From Bacteriovoracia bacterium (GTDB lineage: Bacteria; Bdellovibrionota; UBA1018; JBFWNL01): DNA of 64,000 nucleotides. Positions 29,908 through 38,692 of the stretch are shown in pieces. The stretch's first letter is position 1, and each line of letters starts with the position of its first letter. The DNA lies in the NCBI GenBank assembly GCA_050251055.1, contig JBFWNL010000006.1, forward strand, positions 160,001-224,000, read 5' to 3'. A program made the position numbers and the translations under genes. The notes beneath the pieces were generated by a model that searched no databases, was not told where the DNA came from, and saw only the letters and a program-made list of their open reading frames with translations.

Positions 29908-29995
29908 GCGCGGCGGCACGTGATTTTTGAAGGGCCTAGACGTGGATTTGCCGATGTGCTAACCACTCGGAATCAGCCTCCAATTCCAATCATGC

Positions 29996-30085
29996 GGAGA
30001 GATGTCCGAGTGGCTGAAGGAGCACGCTTGGAAAGCGTGTGTAGTGTAACAACTACCGTGAGTTCGAATCTCACTCTCTCCGCCA
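29996..30085 (+). tRNA. tRNA-Ser (GGA)
   Basis: Acceptor GGAGAGA/TCTCTCC, discriminator G, encoded CCA, anticodon arm CACGC-TTGGAAA-GCGTG, long variable arm, GTTCGAATC T-loop. Confidence 0.97.
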
Positions 30086-30228
30086 TGCATTCTTTTTATC
30101 TTTTATAAAGCATCGGCAACCAGGGGTACGCCACCACACGGGCCCGACCGTTCAGGGCCTTCGTGGCCCACGGGTGTCCTCGCCTGACGATCCCTTATAA
30201 AAGATAAAAAGAATGCATGGCGGAGAGA
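30075..30228. repeat. Perfect 34-bp inverted repeat overlapping the tRNA 3' end
   Basis: TCTCTCCGCCATGCATTCTTTTTATCTTTTATAA (30075-30108) and its exact reverse complement (30195-30228). Confidence 0.9.
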
Positions 30229-30373
30229 CGTAGGATGAGGAGGGCAGGAGGCCCGACTTCCTTAGAGATGTCTCGGAGCGCTGGAGGCGCGGAGAGAAAT
30301 CGAACGACTCCACCTGAGCGCAGTCGGGCGATTTCGGAAGTTGAAGACTCCGGTTATGAAACGGAGCGAATTG

Positions 30374-30661
30374 ATGTTCACGTTGAGCGTGTCTGTCTTG
30401 GAGTTAGTCTTCCGATCCGTCGTGATTTACTTCGCTCTTTTATTTGCCTTTCGGCTGACGGGAAAGAAAAGAAGCGGGGAGATGTCGGCGTTCGATTTGA
30501 TGTTCTTGCTCATCATCAGTGAGTCCGTGCAAGGCGCGATGAACGCCGACGATCGGTCCGTTACGGGAGGGGTGGTTGTGGCCGCGACCCTAATCGCCGT
30601 GAATTATTTTGTCAGCTGGCTGGGCGGTCTTGGAAACCAACGGCAAGATTACGATTATTAA
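30374..30661 (+). pseudogene. Truncated DUF421/YetF-family membrane protein
   Basis: RLTGKKRSGEMSAFDLMFLLIISESVQGAM N-terminal half present; stops after TM3 without the soluble C-terminal domain. Confidence 0.65.
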
Positions 30662-30676
30662 GCGCCGTTCAGTCGC

Positions 30677-32125
30677 CTAACGGGGTGAAAATAACAGCGA
30701 GGCCTGGTTTGTCGCGAAGCGCACGTGCAGTCCACTGCCGTCGAGAACGAAAGGCGCTGCTTGTGCTTGGTCCACCATCGGCAGGCGGATCACGCCGGTA
30801 TTGGGACGGGTAAAATCCATCCGCGCGATCGTATTTCCCAGCCGTACGAAGTAGCCATGGTTCGGGTCTTGCCGGATTTCCCAAGTTCCGTAGATTTCGT
30901 TTTCATAAGTGCCGAAGAGGACACTGCCGTCGATTTGGTGGGGGTACTGTACTAACCCCGGCGAATCTTCGGTGCTGTTTGCATAGAGCGAACGGAAAGC
31001 CGTTGCCAGAGACGGCGAAGCGACGAGGAACCGGGTGGCGATGGCTTGGGCGAGTTTTTCGACCAGGACCCGTCCCCCGTCATTCGTTAGGATCACAAAC
31101 CCGGAACGGGATTCGGGCAGCACCGCGAGCATGCTCTTGAACCCCGGCAAAGTACCGCTGTGGAAGGCCAGTTTCCGTCCAGCGTCATTCAGTACGAACC
31201 AACCCGGAGCGTAGCCTATGGACGCGTCTGCAGCCTGGCCAATCATGATCGTCGGCTCTACTAAGGTGCGCCGATAGGATTCGAACGCCGCGGCGGGCTC
31301 AAATGCTCTAGCTGGTTGCACGAAAGTGCGTAGCCACTGGGTCATATCCGCGATCGAGGATTGTATACAGCCAGCCGGACAAACGGTTTCGGAGGGAGCA
31401 TCGGCGATGGGGGCCGAGAGAAAGTGACCTTCGGCATGGTCCGCGTCGGCCGCGCACTGGCCCTTTACGCAGGTGCGGGTCATCTGCAGCGGTTCCGTAA
31501 TTGCTTCGCGAATTTGATCCGACCAGGCTCGGCCGACTTTCTGGGCTTGATAGTGAGCGGCCATCGCGAATCCAATGTTGTTGTAGTTAAAGTGTCCGCG
31601 GCCATCGGTCGAAAGATTAAATGCTGGAAAACGGGTGGCTATTTGATTGGCGTCGATACCCGTCAGCAGCCAAAGCGGGTCATGGGAGGCGATGCCGGAG
31701 CTCATCGTAAGCAGTTGCCGAAACGTTAAACTGGATTCAATGGCTGGGTCATCGAAGTGGAAGCCAGGTACTTGGTCCCGAAGGGGGGCGTCGAGTACGA
31801 TCTCTTCGGCATCGGCGGAGCGGTACAAAAGCGCGGAGGTGAGGGTTTTACTAAGAGAGCCGATCGCAAAGCGCGTCTCCAGGGTGACGGGCGCGGCGGG
31901 AAGCCGGCGCGCCTGTCCGAACACCGTTTGCGCCACTACCTGGCCACCTTCGATCACGGCCACCGCCACCCCCGTGTTCCGGTCCTGGTCCAGCTCTAGG
32001 TATTTTTGAGTCAACATCTCCTGCCAGCTCAGTGGTTGTGCGGGCAAGCTGGCGGAAAAGGATGACGTGCAAGCGATGAGCGCGCAAAGTCCACCGACGA
32101 CTAGAATACGTACTGAACGATACAT
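30677..32125 (-). CDS. Secreted serine hydrolase, beta-lactamase class C-like family
   Basis: FAIGSLSK (SxxK), FNYNN (YxN), HSG; signal peptide. Confidence 0.9.
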   Translation of the reverse strand: MYRSVRILVVGGLCALIACTSSFSASLPAQPLSWQEMLTQKYLELDQDRNTGVAVAVIEGGQVVAQTVFGQARRLPAAPVTLETRFAIGSLSKTLTSALLYRSADAEEIVLDAPLRDQVPGFHFDDPAIESSLTFRQLLTMSSGIASHDPLWLLTGIDANQIATRFPAFNLSTDGRGHFNYNNIGFAMAAHYQAQKVGRAWSDQIREAITEPLQMTRTCVKGQCAADADHAEGHFLSAPIADAPSETVCPAGCIQSSIADMTQWLRTFVQPARAFEPAAAFESYRRTLVEPTIMIGQAADASIGYAPGWFVLNDAGRKLAFHSGTLPGFKSMLAVLPESRSGFVILTNDGGRVLVEKLAQAIATRFLVASPSLATAFRSLYANSTEDSPGLVQYPHQIDGSVLFGTYENEIYGTWEIRQDPNHGYFVRLGNTIARMDFTRPNTGVIRLPMVDQAQAAPFVLDGSGLHVRFATNQASLLFSPR

Positions 32126-32150
32126 TTTTTCCCCCTCCGTTCCATTCAAG

Positions 32151-33764
32151 CTACCGCGGGCACTGCGCCATTCCGAGTAGGACCTGATTCAGATCGCCAA
32201 TGTCGATGCGGCCGTTGTGATCGAGATCAAGAAAGCTTAGGGTTGGGTTCGACGACGGCGCATATGCGTTCCAGTTGCTGACGATAGCATTGAGGTCGGC
32301 GATATCTACGTACCCATCAAGCTTTCCGATCGCGCCCGCGACGTTCGCTACGTCGCCCGGACAGTGACCTTTCTTTAGGAGCCCGATTTCAATCAGCGTC
32401 GTGGTCGACAGGATGGGGATGCCCCCCCAGGCGTAGACCTTGCCTAAGGTATCCGCGAATTCCGACATCGTATAGCCGCTTTGGTCGATCAGGACATAGA
32501 TGGTGCAAGCGGGACATAGAAATTTTCCGGCGTCGATTTCTGGCTTCCACTGGTCGATCGTTCGCCAGAAGCTTTGTCCCCCCAGCTCGGCCACGCGCGC
32601 TTGGGAGAGCGCCACGGTCATGATCGGCGCCTGGCGACGAGCTACTCCGCGAGTAATGCTTTCGACCCCTAAGCTGACCCCAGCGAACGCGGGATCCGAC
32701 CGGTAGCGATCGAAAAAACCCGCGATGATTTGATTGAAATTATATTTAGGTAATCCATCCGATCCAGTTCCCCAATAGGGACAACCCTCGCCGGCATGGG
32801 GCGGGCACATGTAGCTCGACATTGCGCCGGTGAAGTTATCCAAATAGAGGTTTCCCCGAAAGCCGTAGGCGCGGGCTGTTTTGAGAGTTTCGATTACGTA
32901 GCTGAACGTCTCAGGGCGGAAAGCCGTGTGCACGGCCGCGCTGAGGCTAGCGTTCACGTAAGGCGCCACGCCCGAAGCAGACGCAATATTCGGCTCCGAC
33001 ACGGTGCCGAGGTAGAATCCCGCCTGTACGTTCTTCGTGGTGAGCTCATTCACCCAGTTCGCCCAAGTTCCCAGCATGGCGGGCGTTTGGCGTTCGAGAC
33101 CAAACCAGGCGAACGTTCCCTCGAGGTCGGCGCTGAATGTGCGGCCTGCCCAGTTCCAGTAGATCAATTCGATGGGCAGGTAAGACGGCTGCCGAGGGTC
33201 GCCGCCCATGAGCGACAGGACTTGGCTTAAGAGGTATCGATAGGCGGCCGTGTATCCGTGCTGAGTGAGAGCGAAGTGATTATCCGCGAAGTTCCAGTTG
33301 AAATTCCAGGCGGTGTCGGGGTTTGCGCTCGATTGGTATGCTTGATGGACAGCGAAGTGCATTTTCGAAAACGGGCTCACTGGCGTGTAGGCGGGCGTCA
33401 TGCCTGGGAACCCGTCCGCACAGCCCTTGCCATTAATTACTTGGTTGTGAGGTGGGGGGAGCCAATAGGCGTCGGCAGCGTCGATCGGATGCTGGCAGGT
33501 GGCGACGGCCGCCGCCACGGGGGCGCCGGGAGCGGAGCAATCGCTGGATCCACACAGGAGTTTGTTTCGCTCGCCGGGCGCCATCGTGGCCAAGCTACCG
33601 TCGCCCACGGCGCGCAGAATGGCCTTCAGCTTCGCTTCTCCCTTGAGTGACGCGGTAGAGAGCGCTTCCGCCCGGGCTTGTCGTTGACCGTGGAGTCCGG
33701 GCGCGCAGGCGGAGGTCGCCGAGACGAATACCAGGGCATAAGCTATCTTCGTCAGATACTTCAT
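32151..33764 (-). CDS. Lipoprotein with aromatic-rich core and C-terminal dockerin-like Ca-binding repeat
   Basis: Lipobox-like SACA; GD...DGYVDIADL and DLDHNGRIDIGDL. Confidence 0.7.
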   Translation of the reverse strand: MKYLTKIAYALVFVSATSACAPGLHGQRQARAEALSTASLKGEAKLKAILRAVGDGSLATMAPGERNKLLCGSSDCSAPGAPVAAAVATCQHPIDAADAYWLPPPHNQVINGKGCADGFPGMTPAYTPVSPFSKMHFAVHQAYQSSANPDTAWNFNWNFADNHFALTQHGYTAAYRYLLSQVLSLMGGDPRQPSYLPIELIYWNWAGRTFSADLEGTFAWFGLERQTPAMLGTWANWVNELTTKNVQAGFYLGTVSEPNIASASGVAPYVNASLSAAVHTAFRPETFSYVIETLKTARAYGFRGNLYLDNFTGAMSSYMCPPHAGEGCPYWGTGSDGLPKYNFNQIIAGFFDRYRSDPAFAGVSLGVESITRGVARRQAPIMTVALSQARVAELGGQSFWRTIDQWKPEIDAGKFLCPACTIYVLIDQSGYTMSEFADTLGKVYAWGGIPILSTTTLIEIGLLKKGHCPGDVANVAGAIGKLDGYVDIADLNAIVSNWNAYAPSSNPTLSFLDLDHNGRIDIGDLNQVLLGMAQCPR

Positions 33765-33794
33765 AGAACGTTCCCCCTAAAGAAATCCTAGAAA

Positions 33795-35300
33795 CTATTC
33801 GAGTTTCATACAGATCGCGTATACGGTGCAGGTGCCATGGCCGTTGCCATCGCCGTCATTCGCGGCTTCCTGCATCGTGCAGCCGCGAGTACCGCTCGGC
33901 CAGACGTTGGTGTCGTCTTCACCCGCGCCGCACTGGTGCCCGCAACCCACGCGCACGCGGTCGCTAGCGCAGTCCACGCTGAGCGGAGTCGTGCCGAAGT
34001 TGTGACCAGCCGTGGAGGTAACGCTGGCCACCGTCACATTGGCGGTAGCGGGAGCTCCGCCGCCTGAACCATTGGCGACGCAAACCGGGTTACCGTTGTT
34101 GATGCCTTGCAGGACTTGCCCAGCCGGGCACATCGCGGTGACGGAACCACTGCCACCGCCGCTGGTACCCACGTCCACGCAGCTAAAACCCGCGTCGCTG
34201 ATGCGCTGAATGGCCTTTCCGCTCCCGCAGCCGGCGTAGCTTGCCGGGTTCGACCACTTCAGGCGCGCGGTCGGCTGCGGGGCATCGGCGTCGATGATGA
34301 GTCGGGATGTGTCCGCCGTGCCGATTTCCACTACTTTCCGGGTTTGTCCGGAGATGTTCTTGTCTTGAACGCGAAAGTAACCACCCACGAAAAGACTTTG
34401 TCCGGAAGAAAGCGATCCGCCTGCGCTGACGGATTGACCGGCGATGATTCGGTTGCTGGCATACAGAGAGAACGCGTCGTTGCCTGCCTGTCCGAAGTAA
34501 TCGGCGGCGGAAGGCGCGAGCGCGATCCGGGAGCGCAGACACATGCTTTTTTGCGGGCTCCCGTCCGTGCCGTTCACCGGGTTGCCGTTCGCGTCGGTGA
34601 CCTCCGCGACCCAGGTGCCGCCTTCGTCTTCGCAGAATTTCTGCGCCGTTTGGGATTCCGTTTCCCCGGATCCCACGCAGCTATCAATGAGGTAGCTCAC
34701 CGGCTCGTTCTTGGGCGCGATGACCGGGCCATGGCCTCCTCCGCCGGGACCGGCCGCGGGGTTGGTGACGTCCGCGAGGTGGTACACGACCGGTTTGAGC
34801 GCGACGGGGAAATCGTACACGCTGTCGCCACCGATGGAGTGATGCACGGTCATTTCCAGCTTGGCCGTGAGCAGCGGTTCCAGGCTCGCGGTCCCGGGCC
34901 GGAATTGCAGGGCCGACAGGCGCGCCTTGCGCAGCGAAGAATTCAGCCCGAGCTCCCGGCGGAACGCGGATTGCGCGGTCGAGCCTTGGGGAGGTTTTTC
35001 CACGCATCCGCTTTCTCCGGGCAGACAATAACGGGCGAAGACATACTTGTCCGGATCCGTGGAGCCCCCGGGGTGTTTATAAATCCAACCGTATTCCTGC
35101 ACGATCTCTGAGCAGAGCTTGCGGTTGGAGAGGATGGCGTGCGCGTAGTTCTTTTGCTCTTGGGCGTTGGTGAGTGAAGCGAGGCGATGGGATGCGCGCG
35201 TGGTATTGAGCATGCCCGTCTGCAGGGCATACAGCGAGATCAAGCCGACGGACATGGCGACCATCGCGGATAGCAGGCTCATGCCTTGTTCGCTTTTCAT
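33795..35300 (-). CDS. Large prepilin-like protein (no Glu5), Cys-rich C-terminus
   Basis: MKSEQG|MSLLSAMVAMSVG class III-like signal; AGGGGGAG RBS; CPAGQVLQGI...PVC repeat. Confidence 0.75.
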   Translation of the reverse strand: MKSEQGMSLLSAMVAMSVGLISLYALQTGMLNTTRASHRLASLTNAQEQKNYAHAILSNRKLCSEIVQEYGWIYKHPGGSTDPDKYVFARYCLPGESGCVEKPPQGSTAQSAFRRELGLNSSLRKARLSALQFRPGTASLEPLLTAKLEMTVHHSIGGDSVYDFPVALKPVVYHLADVTNPAAGPGGGGHGPVIAPKNEPVSYLIDSCVGSGETESQTAQKFCEDEGGTWVAEVTDANGNPVNGTDGSPQKSMCLRSRIALAPSAADYFGQAGNDAFSLYASNRIIAGQSVSAGGSLSSGQSLFVGGYFRVQDKNISGQTRKVVEIGTADTSRLIIDADAPQPTARLKWSNPASYAGCGSGKAIQRISDAGFSCVDVGTSGGGSGSVTAMCPAGQVLQGINNGNPVCVANGSGGGAPATANVTVASVTSTAGHNFGTTPLSVDCASDRVRVGCGHQCGAGEDDTNVWPSGTRGCTMQEAANDGDGNGHGTCTVYAICMKLE

Positions 35301-35335
35301 TTTACTCCCCCTCTAAAAACCGACTAACACAATCA

Positions 35336-35364
35336 ACTATAACTGGAGGCTGAGGAGATTTCAA
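35336..35364 (-). promoter_or_regulatory. sigma70-like promoter for the pilin-like operon
   Basis: TTGAAA-N17-TATAGT; AT-rich upstream region with IHF-like TATCATATATTTA (35405-35417) and motif TGTAGCCAA (35451-35459). Confidence 0.6.
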
Positions 35365-35610
35365 ATAAAAATTTGAAGTTAAATTTTAATATTAATCATA
35401 ATAATATCATATATTTAAATTATTTAAATTTATATAAATAATAAATTAAATGTAGCCAATTTAAAATGAAAGCTTGGGCTGGAGTTAAAGGGAAATGAGA
35501 TGGAGGAGTGTGATTCAGTAGGACGCCGTTGGGTAGCGCTGGGTGGACGAGCGATCACGCGAGGCGTGCCGCCGGTCAGAGAAGTAGGGATTGGATGAGT
35601 CCTGGCTGGA

Positions 35611-36267
35611 TTATTCGGCTTGGGCGGGCGCGATGATGCCGGTGATGGTTTCGAGTACGGCGTCTCCCTGACCGCGTGAGATCAAGCGGATGGCCTCGGC
35701 GAAATGAGCCGTCGCGAATACGACTTGGGATGCCGAGCCGGTGCCCCCGAGTTGCGTCGGCGAGGCGAACGAAAAGCGCAGCTCGAATGCCGCCGTCGTT
35801 TGGTAACCCTGTGGCACATGGTGAAGATTGGCTAGCCCGACGTTGGCGGGATTGGTTTTGGGCGCGGTGGGAAAAGTCGCCAGGCCTTCCGCCCACTGGG
35901 CTATGCTCAGCGAGCCGTTGGCTTCCACGCACTTGGCGCCGAACGTGAGGGCGACTTCGGTATAGGATCCGGGCTGGATCCACGCCTCGGCGAATCCTAC
36001 GCGTTCGGACGAGAGCCGAACTCCCGCCCCTTGGTCCGACCCGAGTCGATAGCGCGTGCTTTCACCGGAGTCGTTCGCGAATTTCACCTCGTGGGCGCAA
36101 GCGGCGATTTCCCAGCCTTGGGCGCCTTCGAAGCCGGCGAATGCTAGCTTCACCACGTCCCGTAGTCCATCTGCGGTGATCGTGCCCTTGCCGGAACGCG
36201 CGGGCTCGGAGCACGCGCTGATGAGGATCAGGAGACCCGCCAAGCACCATCGTTTTTTTCCGGCCAT
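35611..36267 (-). CDS. TIGR02147-associated lipoprotein (paralogue 1)
   Basis: Lipobox LISAC, GGAGG RBS; PGSYTEVALTFGAKC resembles 49004 and 58656 products. Confidence 0.75.
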   Translation of the reverse strand: MAGKKRWCLAGLLILISACSEPARSGKGTITADGLRDVVKLAFAGFEGAQGWEIAACAHEVKFANDSGESTRYRLGSDQGAGVRLSSERVGFAEAWIQPGSYTEVALTFGAKCVEANGSLSIAQWAEGLATFPTAPKTNPANVGLANLHHVPQGYQTTAAFELRFSFASPTQLGGTGSASQVVFATAHFAEAIRLISRGQGDAVLETITGIIAPAQAE

Positions 36268-36287
36268 ACTTCCTCCCGAAAATGAAC

Positions 36288-37211
36288 TCATGACGATTTT
36301 TCCTCGGATCCCTTTTTATCGGCCAGGGCCGGGGAATCCAGGGTTTCCGTGCCCCCGAGCGCGAATCCGCCTAAGGTGAATTGGCAAAGCAGATCCGGAC
36401 GGGAGCCCTTCGCCAGCGCCGTGAGTTCCTCCACGGCTTTCGTGATGATTTTTTTCGCCTCGGGAAACTTCGCGCGCTCCATGGAAATGGTGGCGGTGCG
36501 GGTAATGCGGAGGTCTCGCGGCAGTTGCTCGGAGGCGCGCGCGGCGAGCGAGAAGATCTGCCGTTGGAATCCTTGCAGGGCCATGTGATAAACCAGATCG
36601 TCGCATTCGAGCGGGCGTCCTCCCGAAGGGAACGTGAATCGTCCGTCGCGCACGGTGAGGAAGCCAGCGCCGACTAGGAAGTCGAGAGTCTCGCGCACGT
36701 TGGCCAGTTTGGCGGGAAAATATAGGTGCTGCTTGATCCACTCGGCGGTGGGTTCGAAGCCTTGTAGATCGACCATCTCGCGGATCGCCACGTTCAACCA
36801 GTCGGCCAGGTATTGATAGACCTCGCGTTCTTGGCGATGCTGGTGGCGGTAAATTTCTTCGTTTTGGATTTTCGACAGGGCGGTTTCCTTCGCCTCCGCC
36901 GTTTTGCCGTCGCCCAGCTGCACGAGGTTGTGAAAATACGCGCGCTCCCAAGTGTTGAGCTCCATATAATGAGCGAGCTTTTCGGCGGCGTCCGGCGTGA
37001 GTTTGCGGCAGTGGGAAACGACTTGGGTCAAAAAGCCGCGCGAGAAGCCGACTTCCTCCCCGAATTGCCGCAGGCTGAATTTGCGGAGGGTGGCTTTCTT
37101 GAACTGGGTCCAGTCGCGCAGGAAGGTGCGATAGTCGTGGTAGTCAAAGATGCGCGGCCGAGTGCTGGATCTCGTTGAATTGGCCGCGGCTGGTTTGGTA
37201 GCTTTATCCAA
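36288..37211 (-). CDS. TIGR02147-family protein (HTH + DUF4423), paralogue 1
   Basis: IFDYHDYRTFLRDW, FSLRQF HTH, WLNVAIREM, C-terminal QFTLGGFAL. Confidence 0.88.
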   Translation of the reverse strand: MDKATKPAAANSTRSSTRPRIFDYHDYRTFLRDWTQFKKATLRKFSLRQFGEEVGFSRGFLTQVVSHCRKLTPDAAEKLAHYMELNTWERAYFHNLVQLGDGKTAEAKETALSKIQNEEIYRHQHRQEREVYQYLADWLNVAIREMVDLQGFEPTAEWIKQHLYFPAKLANVRETLDFLVGAGFLTVRDGRFTFPSGGRPLECDDLVYHMALQGFQRQIFSLAARASEQLPRDLRITRTATISMERAKFPEAKKIITKAVEELTALAKGSRPDLLCQFTLGGFALGGTETLDSPALADKKGSEEKSS

Positions 37212-37230
37212 GTTCTTACCCCTATAACTA

Positions 37231-37511
37231 ATCCTAACTAAAATAATCGGATATTAGAAGCAAAATCTTAATAATGAAAAGAAATATTTCCTAAAAATAT
37301 AATTAATATCAATTAGTTATATTTTAATAAACTAAATAACTTTATTGAATCAAGATAAATTGAGTAGCTAAGTTGGCTGAAAAACAAGCTAGGCTTCAAA
37401 AAAAGATATAAAAAAATCATTTAATTTAGTTTAATTTAATTAATATCAAATAGTTATAAATTATTCTTGGCTACAAAATATCTTGATTATTTTAGTCCGA
37501 ACGTCTACAGT
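37231..37511. promoter_or_regulatory. AT-rich divergent control region with two IHF-consensus sites and repeated operator-like motifs
   Basis: TATCAATTAGTTA (37307-37319), TATCAAATAGTTA (37444-37456); TTGGCTnnAAAA at 37373 and 37467; rightward TTGATT-N17-TACAGT (37483-37511); weaker leftward TTCTAA-N17-TAGGAT (37259-37231). Confidence 0.7.
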
Positions 37512-37524
37512 CAATCTTAGCCCC

Positions 37525-37588
37525 GCCCACGCATGGAGCATTCACCTTCGGCCCCAACAGATTTCTCCATGCGTGGGCCCCCTTTTTT
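37525..37588 (+). terminator. Terminator-like leader hairpin (attenuator or short RNA end)
   Basis: GCCCACGCATGGAG / CTCCATGCGTGGGC 14-bp stem, then CCCC-TTTTTT, between promoter and ORF 37637. Confidence 0.5.
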
Positions 37589-37636
37589 GCTGCGTGAAAA
37601 CGGTGTGTTGAACCGCTAAGGTGGAAAGCGGTCTTT

Positions 37637-38692
37637 ATGAGATCTTCATGGCTCCTCAGCTTGGGTCTGATCCTGGCGTCGGCCTGTGGAACCCAATTCC
37701 ATCGCCCCACCTTGAGTTCGGACTATTTTCTCGCGCTTACGAACAGCGGCATCGAGGTATTTGAACTCGACGTGGCCGGAATCACGTTGGTGAAGAAAGG
37801 AAGCATCGCGGTCGAGAACGCGGGCACCCTGAACACGGTCATGGCCGTCGGGACGCCTTCGCGGTTGCTGTTGGGCAAACAGGAGTTGACCTGGTCGAGC
37901 TTCCAGCCCCTGTCGCCGTCGATGACCGCGTTGACCACGTTGAATCTGGCGCTCTCTCCATCGGCTTTGTTCTATCAGCCAGACCGAAATCTCCTTTTCG
38001 TCACGATCGCCGGCACGACGGACACCATTCAGGTGATTTCTGTCGAGGGTGATTCCTTACGATCGCTCGGTTCTTTTTCTCCCGGAGACAACCCACGCTC
38101 GGTGGTGGCGATGTCGGGCAGTGATTTCATTTACACGAGCGTCGGAAATAGCAAAACCCTGAAAGGCTACCGCATCGATGGTGCTTCGGGTGCCGGCGTC
38201 GCCGTGGATTCGAAAACTATCACGGGCACGCCTGGTTTTCTGCGGATTGGAGTAGACGATCACGTGCTGATCACCCACGCTTCTACCCCCCACGAACTTC
38301 TGGCGTATTCGATCGAGGCGAACTCGGGCGCGTTTTCCCTCGCCGACTCCGTGAGCCTATCGGCCGCGCCCGTCGCGATTGACTATCACGCCGCCACCCG
38401 AAGGGTGGCCGTGCAGGCGTTGTCGGGTGAGATTCAGTTGTATCGATTCAACGCCACTACCCGGCGCCTGGAGTTAGTTGGAAGCGATCACTCGACGTCG
38501 GGCTACGTGGCTTTTAAGGACAATATGCTCGCCTTCGATGCCAGCGGGAGCTACTTGGCCGCTTACGAACAGGTCAGCCGGGAGCTCGTGGTGTTCCGCG
38601 TGATAGATACGGGGTTGGCCCCGGTGCTACGCCAAGCGGCGGACTCTGGAATCACGGGAATTTCCTTTACGCGCTTCTTGTCGGACATTTAG
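37637..38692 (+). CDS. Lipoprotein, beta-propeller (lactonase-like fold)
   Basis: Lipobox LASAC; repeated blades (YRIDGASG, YSIEANSG, YRFNATT, AFDASGSYL). Confidence 0.75.
   Translation: MRSSWLLSLGLILASACGTQFHRPTLSSDYFLALTNSGIEVFELDVAGITLVKKGSIAVENAGTLNTVMAVGTPSRLLLGKQELTWSSFQPLSPSMTALTTLNLALSPSALFYQPDRNLLFVTIAGTTDTIQVISVEGDSLRSLGSFSPGDNPRSVVAMSGSDFIYTSVGNSKTLKGYRIDGASGAGVAVDSKTITGTPGFLRIGVDDHVLITHASTPHELLAYSIEANSGAFSLADSVSLSAAPVAIDYHAATRRVAVQALSGEIQLYRFNATTRRLELVGSDHSTSGYVAFKDNMLAFDASGSYLAAYEQVSRELVVFRVIDTGLAPVLRQAADSGITGISFTRFLSDI

Noticed and set aside
37237-37496. AT-rich segment with terminal inverted repeats as a MITE
   Set aside because: No target-site duplication or second copy seen; the repeats coincide with promoter elements.
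37538-37544. GCATTCA (locus-2 motif) in the locus-1 leader hairpin
   Set aside because: A single 7-mer is expected by chance several times in 64 kb.
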